A DNA stretch of 64,000 nt from Bacilli bacterium (GTDB lineage Bacteria; Bacillota_I; Bacilli_A; RFN20; CAG-826), in the NCBI GenBank assembly GCA_045628045.1, contig JAZQOV010000001.1, positions 1 to 64,000 on the forward strand, written 5' to 3'. The translations under genes were made by a program, and so were the position numbers. Below the pieces are notes generated by a model. The model ran no database searches. It was given only the letters and a program-made list of their open reading frames with translations, and was not told where the DNA came from. This document shows positions 32,952-43,300 of the stretch, one piece after another (position 1 is the first letter of the stretch; every line of letters starts with the position of its first letter).

Positions 32952-33889
32952 TATTTATTGAGGGCCTCCAGTAATTCACAAACGGCTTTAATATCTTTTT
33001 TGTACTTTTCAGTTGGTTTTGAATCAAATTCATTTTGCATCGGGAGAATCATTAAAGGATCATCATAGCCCATCATTATGTAGGCTTTGCCTTCATAAAG
33101 TGAAATAGCTACATCAACAAGAATTTTCTCTGTTTTAATTGCGTTTAAGGCTTTCGTGACTGGTCCAGTAATAACTTTTTTCCAATCTTTACCATTTGTA
33201 TAAATTGCCATTTTGTTATCTTCAAAAACATTTTTAACTTCTTCTAAATTTGTTGGAGGAAGAGCTCTATCATTGCCTTTTAAATAAACAAAAATTGGTG
33301 TTTTTCCTTTATAGGAAACTTTTCCTCTTAACATTTTACCAACAAATACAGGTTTCATGCTTCTCGCAGCTTTAATATTTCCTGCACAATCAACAATGCT
33401 AAGATCTAATTTCTTATATTTAAAAGTTGTGAGACCTCTTGAGCCTGTTTCACTAACATCTTTATATAATTTACATTCGTTAAATTCATCTAATGTGATT
33501 TTGCCAGGGCTTTGTAATTCAACATCCTTAAAATCTTTTGAATCTAAAGCGAATTCATTAATGCACTTAAAATATTCATTAAAGTAGATTTTTAATCTGC
33601 GATCGAATTTTTTGCGAACCCAGAAGCTGTATGCTAAACCAGCACCTAGGAAAACAATTGTGACAAGTAAAGTCACTGCTCCACGTGCTTTTTCTGGAAT
33701 AAAAGCCATTCTTGGAACAAGAACAAAAGCAACAATGACTGCTATAAAACAGAGCACTGCAACAATTGTTTTAACTGAATTATGCTTTTTATAAGATTTC
33801 CAGAATTCCAATCTTTTATCTTCGATAACTTGCAAAGATTTATGCGGATATTCTTTCTTATTTTGTAATTCTTTTGCGTCATTTTTCAT
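32951..33889 (-). CDS. hypothetical membrane protein (2 TM plus a large basic domain)
   Basis: 312-aa ORF with a GAGG SD and two N-terminal TM segments. Confidence 0.7.
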   Translation of the reverse strand: MKNDAKELQNKKEYPHKSLQVIEDKRLEFWKSYKKHNSVKTIVAVLCFIAVIVAFVLVPRMAFIPEKARGAVTLLVTIVFLGAGLAYSFWVRKKFDRRLKIYFNEYFKCINEFALDSKDFKDVELQSPGKITLDEFNECKLYKDVSETGSRGLTTFKYKKLDLSIVDCAGNIKAARSMKPVFVGKMLRGKVSYKGKTPIFVYLKGNDRALPPTNLEEVKNVFEDNKMAIYTNGKDWKKVITGPVTKALNAIKTEKILVDVAISLYEGKAYIMMGYDDPLMILPMQNEFDSKPTEKYKKDIKAVCELLEALNK

Positions 33890-33941
33890 ATTTGAAAATC
33901 CTCAGATATCTCTTTAATAATACGAAAATAGTTAAGCATTA

Positions 33942-34487
33942 TCAAATGCTTCTTAATGGATAACGCTGGTTTACCAATAAAATTGGTTTGTAAAGAAGAA
34001 GCATAGCGGCAAGTACAACTCCGCATACTGGTCCGATATATAAAATGTTGTAAATTAACCCTTCAATAAATGTAACTTTATAAAATAAAACCGATGATAT
34101 TGTGCTTGAAAGTAGTCTGCCTGTGCATCCCAAAATTACTCCAAGGCACATAAACAAAATCCCGGATAAAGTTATCTTTTCTTTAATAATAAACGGTTTA
34201 AAAAATCCAATTATTGCTATTGAACCAAAACCAAGAATGTAATCAAATGGTATTGAGTAAAATGGTTCTGCATCCTGAATAAAAGCTAGAAAAGCGTAAA
34301 CAATTCCAATAGAAACAAAACCTTTGAGTGGTCCAAACCTAAGTGCAAGAATAAAAAGCGGAATCATTGTCAAAGATATTGAGCCGCCATTTGCACCAAC
34401 TTTTATTTTTAAAAAAGGGATGTCTAAAACAATAGCTAGTGCCACTAGCATTGACATTTCTGTGATTTCTCTTACTGTTAATTTCAA
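33942..34487 (-). CDS. thiT: ECF-type thiamine transporter S component
   Basis: ALAIVLD, GGSISLTMIP and FDYILGF motifs; TTG start; downstream of a TPP riboswitch. Confidence 0.9.
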   Translation of the reverse strand: MKLTVREITEMSMLVALAIVLDIPFLKIKVGANGGSISLTMIPLFILALRFGPLKGFVSIGIVYAFLAFIQDAEPFYSIPFDYILGFGSIAIIGFFKPFIIKEKITLSGILFMCLGVILGCTGRLLSSTISSVLFYKVTFIEGLIYNILYIGPVCGVVLAAMLLLYKPILLVNQRYPLRSI

Positions 34488-34526
34488 AATAAAATCCGCC
34501 TTTGTAGCGGATCATTTTAATTAAAA

Positions 34527-34617
34527 AATTACCTCCGCTAGCATTACCTAGATCAGGTTCGGTTTAGCTTCGCAATAGAAGCAATCTCAGCCGAGTAATC
34601 TCAGCTCCCGTAAATAA
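34527..34617 (-). ncRNA. TPP riboswitch aptamer
   Basis: Minus strand GGGAGC...GGCTGAGA...AACCTGATCTAGGTAATGCTAGCGGAGG; followed by hairpin ATCCGC...GCGGAT and a U-rich tract over the thiT SD and start. Confidence 0.93.
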
Positions 34618-34628
34618 GTATAATTTTT

Positions 34629-35285
34629 TTAGTTATTCCAATCAATAACTTTTAAGTTTTTCTTCTCTAAAAATTTGTTGCATTCAATGAATGTATTTTG
34701 ATTAAACCAACCACCTTGATTTGCACCTAATGGAGATGGGTGAGTTCTCTTAATAACTAGGTGATTTTTGTTTGTCAAATACTTCTCATATTTTTGTGCG
34801 TTTCCACCCCAAAGCATGAAGACAATTGGTTGATCTAAATTATTCAAAAAACCCAGTAATTCCTTGATAAATTTCGAATAATCCTTACTTTTGTGAGACA
34901 TTGGTTGGCCTTCTCTAACAGTCAAAATTGTATTGATCAAAAACACACCTTGTGTTGTTAAATAAGTGAGATCTCCTTGCTTCTTACATGGCTTGCCAAA
35001 TTCAATTTCGATCTCCTTAAAAATGTTAATTAATGAAGGAGGACATTTGCACTCATTTGGAACAGAAAATGCGAGTCCCATTGCTTGACCTTTTTCGTGA
35101 TATGGATCTTGCCCAATAACAACAACTTTTGTCTTTTCAAGTGGAGTTAAATTAAAGGCATTAAAGATTAAATCTCTTGGTGGAAAAACAACATGATTTT
35201 TGTATTCCTCATCCCAAAATTTATTTAGGTTTTTAAAAAAATCTTCATCTTTAATTTGTTCAAAAAAATCTTTCCAGGTTTTCAT
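34629..35285 (-). CDS. ung: uracil-DNA glycosylase
   Basis: GQDPYH, GLAFSV, PPSL.NI, FMLWG and HPSPL motifs. Confidence 0.96.
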   Translation of the reverse strand: MKTWKDFFEQIKDEDFFKNLNKFWDEEYKNHVVFPPRDLIFNAFNLTPLEKTKVVVIGQDPYHEKGQAMGLAFSVPNECKCPPSLINIFKEIEIEFGKPCKKQGDLTYLTTQGVFLINTILTVREGQPMSHKSKDYSKFIKELLGFLNNLDQPIVFMLWGGNAQKYEKYLTNKNHLVIKRTHPSPLGANQGGWFNQNTFIECNKFLEKKNLKVIDWNN

Positions 35286-35342
35286 AACAATAATTATATC
35301 TATGATTTAGACCGAATAACAATGTATAATTGTATTAGGTCT

Positions 35343-36416
35343 ATGAAAAAAGTACTCATTGTATTCAATCATCCTGCTCCATATAAAGTTAGATTATTTA
35401 ACGAACTTTCAAAATATTTTGAGCTCCACGTTATATTCGAAAGAAATTCTGCAAGTGACAGAAATTCCAAATTTTATTTTGAAAATAAATATAACTTTAT
35501 AACACACAAAATCAAGGGTCTTCCTTTAGGAAAAGAGAATATTATTTCTTCCGGTGTTGCAAAACACTTAAAAGAAAATAAATATGACCTTATTGTGGTG
35601 AATGGCTATTCAACACTTGCCGAAATGAAGGCCTTATCTTATCTAAAAAAACATAAAATCTCGTACCTTTTTTACATAAATGGTGGTGTAGTTCCATCAA
35701 AAGAATGCAAATTAAAGGCTAAAATTAAACGCCACTTCATAGAGGGAGCAATGGGTTATCTTTCACCAGATGAAGAAAGTAATAAGTACTTAATTCACTA
35801 TGGCGCAAATGAGAAAAAGATCTTCAATTATCCATACTCAACGATTTATCAAAGCGAAATTTTAAAATCTCCTTCAAAGAAGAACAATTCAAGCGGATTT
35901 GAAAAAACATTTGTTTCTTCTGGTCAACTAATTAGAAGAAAGAATTACATCGAGCTAGTGAAAGTTTGGGCAAAAATGCCTAAATCTTATGCTCTTTATA
36001 TTTATGGAGACGGCAAACAAAAAGGTAAGATCCAAAAACTCATAAGAAAAGAACATATTGAAAATGTAATCCTCAAAGGATTCTTGCCAAGAAATGAAAT
36101 GCTTAAATTCTATTCATCATGTGATGCATTTATCTTCCCTTCAAAAAAAGATATTTACGGTCACGTAGTGAATGAAGCATTATCACAAGGTCTACCAGTT
36201 ATTTCATCAAATAAAGTTAATTCAGCAATCCATTTAATTAAAAATGGAATGAATGGTTATTTACTTGATCATCTAGACTCTGATAATTTATGCTCTGCAA
36301 TAAAGAAATTAGATATATCTAATCATTTTGATTCTTGTATTAAAACTGCCAGCGAGAACACAATTGAAAAAATGGCGAAAAAGCACGTAGAAATTTTTGA
36401 AGGAGCAATAAAATAA
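35343..36416 (+). CDS. GT4 family glycosyltransferase
   Basis: PAPYK, GQLIRRKN and FIFPS..DIYG.VVNEALSQGLPVI motifs. Start placed at MKKVLIV. Confidence 0.88.
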   Translation: MKKVLIVFNHPAPYKVRLFNELSKYFELHVIFERNSASDRNSKFYFENKYNFITHKIKGLPLGKENIISSGVAKHLKENKYDLIVVNGYSTLAEMKALSYLKKHKISYLFYINGGVVPSKECKLKAKIKRHFIEGAMGYLSPDEESNKYLIHYGANEKKIFNYPYSTIYQSEILKSPSKKNNSSGFEKTFVSSGQLIRRKNYIELVKVWAKMPKSYALYIYGDGKQKGKIQKLIRKEHIENVILKGFLPRNEMLKFYSSCDAFIFPSKKDIYGHVVNEALSQGLPVISSNKVNSAIHLIKNGMNGYLLDHLDSDNLCSAIKKLDISNHFDSCIKTASENTIEKMAKKHVEIFEGAIK

Positions 36417-37585
36417 TGAATATTTTGTTATTTTCTACTGTTATGCACGATGCCTATTTTTCAAGCTATCAGGCAGAAGCCAAAATTAAACCAAATCCTT
36501 CAAACCAAAACTTTTATTCTAAATTAGTTAAAACATTTCTTATTGGAAATAATGTATCTGTAATTTCAAAACGACCATTAGTTAATGGGATGTTTAGCAA
36601 AAATTCTTTTGATGCAGATTTTTTCGCTGAAAAGAATTTGAAATTCTATTACACAAAAGTACAAGGAAATCGTTCTTACAAATTACTATCCGAAACAAAC
36701 GAAATTGTTAAAACTGCAAATAAAGCAATTGAGGATTTTGTCTCAAAAGACTTTATTATTGTAGTAGATAGTTTAAATTTTACTTTAGTAAAAGCTGCAA
36801 CAAAGGTTGCTAAAAAACATAATGCAAAAATTGTTGCGATGTTGACGGATAATCCATCAAATTTATCTCGTAAACACAATTTTATTAATAATTTATTAGT
36901 GAAAAAAGTTTCCAATTTTGATGGTTTCCTATCTCTTACTCAAGGCTTAGCGAATGTCTTCAATTCAAACAAACCTTCATACATTTTCGACGGCTTAGTT
37001 ACAGAAGAAACTATCGGCAAAGGAAGTCCGATCATAGATTATTTTTACTTTGCAGGTTCTCTTTATGAAAGATATGGCGTAAAAGACTTAATTGATGCCT
37101 TCCACGAGACTAACATTACTTCAAAACTTGTCATAGCTGGGTCTGGTCCACTGGACAAATATATAGAAAAGATGTCACGTGAAGATTATAGAATTCTTTA
37201 TTTAAGTCAGGTTGCTAAGGAAAATAATTTTGCATACATGAAAAATGCAATTGCAAACATAAATCCTCGACCACTTGATACAAGACTTGATGACCAATCT
37301 ATTCCATCGAAATTACTTGAGTATTTATCAATAGGAGTTCCAATTATATCCACGAAATTTCATAGATTTTTCGGTACTTTTAAAGATGATGTTACTTGGA
37401 TTGACGCAAATGGAAAAGATGCAATCAAAGAAGCATTAGAAAGATTTGTTGTGTCCGATATTAACGAAAATAAAAAGAAAGCAATTACTGCAAGACGAAA
37501 AGTTTTTGAGTTCTATGGATTAAATGTACAAGCCGAATCAATTAATTACTTTTTAGCTTCAATTAATTCATCAACTAATGACTGA
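36416..37585 (+). CDS. GT4 family glycosyltransferase
   Basis: FAGSL..RYGV..LI and INPR...SIPSKLLEYLSIGVPIIST motifs. Confidence 0.85.
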   Translation: MNILLFSTVMHDAYFSSYQAEAKIKPNPSNQNFYSKLVKTFLIGNNVSVISKRPLVNGMFSKNSFDADFFAEKNLKFYYTKVQGNRSYKLLSETNEIVKTANKAIEDFVSKDFIIVVDSLNFTLVKAATKVAKKHNAKIVAMLTDNPSNLSRKHNFINNLLVKKVSNFDGFLSLTQGLANVFNSNKPSYIFDGLVTEETIGKGSPIIDYFYFAGSLYERYGVKDLIDAFHETNITSKLVIAGSGPLDKYIEKMSREDYRILYLSQVAKENNFAYMKNAIANINPRPLDTRLDDQSIPSKLLEYLSIGVPIISTKFHRFFGTFKDDVTWIDANGKDAIKEALERFVVSDINENKKKAITARRKVFEFYGLNVQAESINYFLASINSSTND

Positions 37586-38727
37586 GTAAGTTTTGAAATT
37601 TGAAAGTTCTCTTCAAAGTAAGATTTATTATTGAGACCTAAAAGGTCTTTTTCTTTTGATTTTGCAATTTCGTCAAAAGCTCTAGCAATATCTTTTGCAT
37701 TTTCTTCAGCAAAAATTGAGCCTTTAGCTTTTGAAAGAACATCAACTGTGTCTCCTTTTGCTACAACAACTAATGGTTTTCCATATTTCATATATTGAAG
37801 GGCTTTGTTTGGTATTGTTTTTCCAACGTAGCCATCGTTTTTAAGCGAAACAATTAATGCGTCAGCGTTTTTATAATATGTTTCAGCTTTTTCAATTGGA
37901 TAAGCACCTTCATAAATGACTTTATCTTCAAGTTTTTCTTCTTTAATTTTATTAATTATCGAATCAAGTTCTGAACCCATTCCCATTAAATGAAGCTTTG
38001 CGTCAGGAGTTTTTACATATTTCATCGCATCAACTAATAAATCAGTAAGTTGCAATTTTCCAATGTTACCAGCGTAGACAAAATTATGTTTATTTTTGTA
38101 TTCAACAGGTTCATTGTTCTTGTTAGATAATAAAATTGGTTGGTATACAACATTAAAGACTTTATCTTTAATTCGAAGCTCTTTTTCAAAATATTCTTTG
38201 AAGGATGGTGAAGAAATTACAATTCGATCACATCTTTCATAAATTGATTTACTCCATTTATAAAGAATCTTATAAACTAAAGATCCTTTTCTAACTGCTT
38301 TAGTGACAACTGTAGATTCTGGCCAGAGATCTTGACAATATAAAACGCAAGGAACGTTGTTGTTCTTTGCATATTTTAAAGCTGGGCAAATTGAAATAAC
38401 TGGAGATAAAGAAATTGAAAGAACAACATCAAATTTTTCTTTTAATTTTCTTGCAAAATGTTTTCCGGAAACGTAAAAAGATAAATAGTTTTGAATAACT
38501 GAAAATCTTGAGTTTCTTCTTGGAATTAAACGAACACGGTGAACCTTAACCCCATTAATTTCTTCATATTTTACTTTTTTGTATTCTTTTAAAATATGGT
38601 GAAAACCATAATTCGGTTTTCCAGTAAGGACTGTTACATCGTGACCTTGTCTAACAAGTTCTTCGGCAATGTCACTCACTGAAAATCTTTCAGGATAATA
38701 ATATTGTGATACAAGCAATATTTTCAT
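37546..38727 (-). CDS. GT4 family glycosyltransferase (WbuB-like)
   Basis: SQYYYPE, GHDVTVLTGKPNY, QDLWPES, YAGNIG and TIPNK...YM..GKP motifs. Confidence 0.9.
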   Translation of the reverse strand: MKILLVSQYYYPERFSVSDIAEELVRQGHDVTVLTGKPNYGFHHILKEYKKVKYEEINGVKVHRVRLIPRRNSRFSVIQNYLSFYVSGKHFARKLKEKFDVVLSISLSPVISICPALKYAKNNNVPCVLYCQDLWPESTVVTKAVRKGSLVYKILYKWSKSIYERCDRIVISSPSFKEYFEKELRIKDKVFNVVYQPILLSNKNNEPVEYKNKHNFVYAGNIGKLQLTDLLVDAMKYVKTPDAKLHLMGMGSELDSIINKIKEEKLEDKVIYEGAYPIEKAETYYKNADALIVSLKNDGYVGKTIPNKALQYMKYGKPLVVVAKGDTVDVLSKAKGSIFAEENAKDIARAFDEIAKSKEKDLLGLNNKSYFEENFQISKLTQSLVDELIEAKK

Positions 38728-38842
38728 ATTTATTAGTATTATATACTATTGATTTCGCCTTTAACATATTTTGATAATTCCAAAGACAATAAATAAATTT
38801 TTGTCTTTTGTTTTTTGAGTTTTTCGCACATATAATAAATGC

Positions 38843-40306
38843 ATGCACGAAACGGTTAGAAGCAACGTTATTGTTAATTTAATTCGTACTATTACGATGA
38901 CAATTTTATCATTCGTTACTTTCCCATACGTCTGTAGAGCACTCGGAGATAAAGCCTTTGGTTTATACTCCTGGGCCGTCTCTTTTGTTTATTATTTTTT
39001 AGTGCTCGCAAGAATTTCAATTCCAAATATTGCGGTTCGTGAAATTGTAAAAGTTAAGGATGATAAAGAAAAATTATCGCAAAAAACACATGAATTTTTC
39101 ATTATTCAAGCAATTGCGACATTATTATCCTTTGGGTTAATGTGTGTTATTTTCTTCAGCGTTCCTTCATTTAATAATGTAGATACAAAATCAATCGTAT
39201 TTCTTTTATCGCTAAATTTCTTAACTGGAGTTTTATCTTTTGAATGGATTTTTACTGCCTTTGAAAAACATACATACATGGCAGTTAGATCAATAGTTAT
39301 TACAACAATTGTAGATATTCTAATTTTCGCATTTATTAAGTACGAGTCTCATTTGCCTTTATACACATTCTTTTGTATTCTCACTACAGTTTTGACTGTA
39401 ATCTCAAACTTAGTTTATCTCCCAAATGTTGTTACTCTTAGAAAACCAAAACAAATAAATTTAAAACAATATCTTCCAATGATTGGAATCATGTTTATTA
39501 TTTCTGTTTTAGCCGCTATCTACGATAAAACTGACACATTTATTTTGGGCCTTATTGATCCAAGTAAAGCTGCTGTTGGTGCTTATGCAGTAGGAATGAA
39601 AGCAGTAGAAATTGTAATTGGAGTTATAGCAGGTCTTTCAACTGTGTTTATTCCACGCGCAACTGCCTATTACGAGGCGAATGACGCAAGACAATTTAAA
39701 AATATCAATGTTTATTCCGCAAATATTTGCTTATTTATCACTCTTCCGGCTACAGCACTTATGATTTGCTTAGCAAAACCATTAACTTTGCTTCTTGGCG
39801 GAACTGTTGGCTATGTTAATTCCAATATGGTTTTAGTCTCCCTTGCATCATTAATGGTTACATTCTCAATCTCGCTTATTATTTACACTCAAATACTTAT
39901 CCCGTCAAAACGTGAGAAAACTTACTTATTTGTACTCTTATTTGGAGTTATCACTAATATAGCGCTCTCATTAATTTTTGGATTAGTTGCTTTTAAAGAA
40001 AATCCTGCATTTGGAGTTGCACTTGGAACTGCTATAACAGATACGCTTATTCTTATTGGAATGATTTCCCTTACTTGGAAAGATTCCCGTCACATTCTTC
40101 TTAGTTGGAATAACTTAAAACTTCTAGGCGTTACATTCATTATTGTAGGCGCTACACTTCTTTTAAATAACTTAATTGTTATTGATGAAGAAGAACCGCT
40201 TTTAAAACTAGTAATTATCTTTGCAATTGATGTTGTTCTTTATATAACTGGTTGCCTCGCATGCAAAGAAAAACTCATAAGTTCTTTTATAAGTAGAAAA
40301 GATTAA
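38843..40306 (+). CDS. Wzx-type oligosaccharide flippase
   Basis: About 12-14 TM segments; TFPYVCRALG...G, D..ILG and VGAY motifs. Confidence 0.88.
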   Translation: MHETVRSNVIVNLIRTITMTILSFVTFPYVCRALGDKAFGLYSWAVSFVYYFLVLARISIPNIAVREIVKVKDDKEKLSQKTHEFFIIQAIATLLSFGLMCVIFFSVPSFNNVDTKSIVFLLSLNFLTGVLSFEWIFTAFEKHTYMAVRSIVITTIVDILIFAFIKYESHLPLYTFFCILTTVLTVISNLVYLPNVVTLRKPKQINLKQYLPMIGIMFIISVLAAIYDKTDTFILGLIDPSKAAVGAYAVGMKAVEIVIGVIAGLSTVFIPRATAYYEANDARQFKNINVYSANICLFITLPATALMICLAKPLTLLLGGTVGYVNSNMVLVSLASLMVTFSISLIIYTQILIPSKREKTYLFVLLFGVITNIALSLIFGLVAFKENPAFGVALGTAITDTLILIGMISLTWKDSRHILLSWNNLKLLGVTFIIVGATLLLNNLIVIDEEEPLLKLVIIFAIDVVLYITGCLACKEKLISSFISRKD

Positions 40307-40317
40307 TATTTGTAAAT

Positions 40318-40354
40318 AAAAAAGACCGGTCATAAACAACAGATCGGTCTTTTT
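40318..40354. terminator. bidirectional intrinsic terminator
   Basis: AAAAAAGACCGGTC...GATCGGTCTTTTT between convergent genes. Confidence 0.8.
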
Positions 40355-40370
40355 AAATTATAACTTCATG

Positions 40371-43300
40371 TTATTTTGTGTATGAAGCGTTCCAAAGAAC
40401 AAAACGGTTTCCTGATGTTGCAGAAATAGTTAAAGTTGTTGCTCCGGATAAACTTGAGACATCAATTTCAAATTTAAATGATGCTTCATTTGTTGATCCA
40501 AGAGTGTAGGTAGGACCAGTCCCTGCAACACCTGCATCTGATGTTAGTGAGAAGCTCTTTGAAATTCCCCCACCAGAAACAGAAATTGTGACACTTTCTT
40601 TGTTCCAACCTGCTGCATAGAAAGTGAGATTTTTCGCTCCAGATGGAACACTTATTGTTGTTGAACCTGCTGCAGAGCCGGTACCAGCTTTAATAGAATT
40701 AGAATAAGAAGTTCCATTAAAGACGACTGTTGCGCTTCCGCCTAAATCAATAGGGGAACTTGTTGTTGTACCTTTTGGTACAACTGTAACACTACAAGTT
40801 GCTGTCTTTTCACCATCAGTTGTTTTAACTGTAATAGTTGCTGTTCCTTGTGCAATACCTGTAACCTTGCCTGTGCTATCAACAGTCGCAACACTGCTAT
40901 TACTTGATGACCAAGTTACTGATTTATCGTTTGCATTAGATGGAGCAACTGTTGCAACTAATGTTTCATTACTTCCAACATTTATACTTGTGGATGTTTT
41001 ATTTAATGAAACGCTTTGTACAGGTACTTGTTCCGCACTTCCCATTTCGTTAAAGTGAACCTCAATTGAAGAGAAGTATGATGCACCTTTTGTCCACACA
41101 ACACTGAAATAATTACATCCTGCAGGAGCACTAACGTTGAAACTTCCAACTGTAATTAAACTTAAATCTGTATTTGCACCATAACTTGTATCATTTCCAG
41201 TTGGTGTAACAGATGAGCCAAATCTAACTGAACCTGTTGCAGCGGCTCCTGCGGCATAACCAACGTTAAATTTGATGTATGTAATGTTTTTACTGAATGC
41301 AATTTTATTATGCAATTCAGAACTCTTGCTACTGTTTCCTTGCAATGTATCACTATTGCCTTTGCATAACATTGTCCAAGCAAGATCTGTATTTGTTCCA
41401 TCAGCATATGAATCAAGTCCAAGACTTGCCGCATCGATTGAGTATAAATCAACATTGGAAACATCAATTTGTGGTTCTGTTGGTTTAGTAACAGTAAATG
41501 AATATGTTGCAGTTTTTTCAATTCCGCCTTCGGTATAAGAAATTGTTACTGAAGTATCTGTAACAGCTAAAGCTGTAGTTTTTGAAATTGTATAATCTGT
41601 AACAACTGCATCTTGTTTGCCTTGTGTATAGTGTGCTGTAACAACTAAGTCGTCCTTTGAAATTACGGCGCCTACACTATAAGCGTTTGTTTTTCCCTCA
41701 GCATTAGCAACAGAAATAGAATCTAAAACTGGAGCTGGTGTTACTGTAACAGATACGTTAGCTGTAAAGCCATTGTATGTAATTACAATACTATTTGTAC
41801 TGGTTGTGAGTGGATCAGTAGAATATGTAAATCCCGAACTAATTGTTTCTGGTTCGTGTGGGGATGAATATGAAACAGTAATTGTCATTCCGGATGGATT
41901 GAAGGACTCACCTTCAACATAAGTTGTTTTTGATGGTTGAGTTGCAACTGCAATACCCGAAATAACTTTTTCTGCAGCAGCTACTGTAACAACGCATGTT
42001 GCTGAGAAATCGCCAGCGGTAGCAGTTACTGTTACTTCACCAGCAGCAAGTGCATGAACAAGACCATTTGAAACTGTAACAATACCTTGTTCAGAAACAG
42101 TCCAAGTAACTGTTTTATCATCTGCATCTGCTGGAGCAACTGTTGCAACAAGTTGCACATCAGCATCTAGAACATGCATTGATAGTGTGGATTGATTTAA
42201 TGTAATGCCGGTTACAGGTACCGGAGCCTTTGTAACAGTAATTGGTACTTGAACGGTTTTGGTTACATCGTCCTCGGTGTAAGAAACGACAACATATTCA
42301 TCACCAAGGGCTAAGGTAGTTTTATCGATACTATAATCACTTGATTGAAGAACCTTGTCTGCTCCTCCATTTGTATATTTTGCAGTAATAACCATGCCGT
42401 TTGCATCAAATGATTCGCCAACATAATAACTTGATTTGGTTGGTGCAGTTGTTAGCTCTAATGAGCTTAATTTTGCAACTGGTTCTGAAACAGATCCGTC
42501 GACAAACTCAATTTTTGTAATACAGATACCGTAGTTGTTACTACTAGCATCTTTTGATTCAAGAAGAAGTGAACCTGTATTTTCAGCAATTTCAAACTCA
42601 ATACTAATTGGTTCTAAATCACCAAGAACGGCTTTCTTTGTGACGTCTTTTGTAATGCCATTAACTGTTAATGTTCCGTCGTCTCTAGCACCAATAACGT
42701 CCATTTTAATTTTAGAGAATGTTGCAGTTGGATCTAATGTTAAAGAAATTGAGCCTTTAGCTTGACTTTTTCCAACTTTTAAACAATTCCAGATATTCCA
42801 TTGAGTATCACCAGAACCACCATTACCACCAATATAGGCATTGGTTGGTGAACTCATTCCGGTAATAATTGCTCCTCCATCTGAAACTACACACCCCATA
42901 AATTGTTCTGATGTCCATGTTCCAACGTTTTGAGCCGAAGTTTTATCATTAATAAATGTATATGAAATTGATGAATGGGCAACTTTAGCAACGACTTCGA
43001 TTGTAAAGGTGGCTGAACCAATAACTTGACCTTCAACTTCATAATATGCCGTTGCTGTAACACCAGTTTTGATAACCGATGTGTCACATTCAACTCTTGT
43101 GGCTTTTACAGTGCCTGTTGATCCATCATCATATGAAACATTTAATGAAATATCAGAAGCCTTAATTGTAGAATTCTGTTCTACAGTTGTTGGAAGACCT
43201 TGAGAAACAACTGATGTAACAGCAGTAATTGTTTTTGGAGCTGGTTTTGAAACAGATACAACATAACCGCCACTTGTTTCTGGTTTTCCATTACTATATT

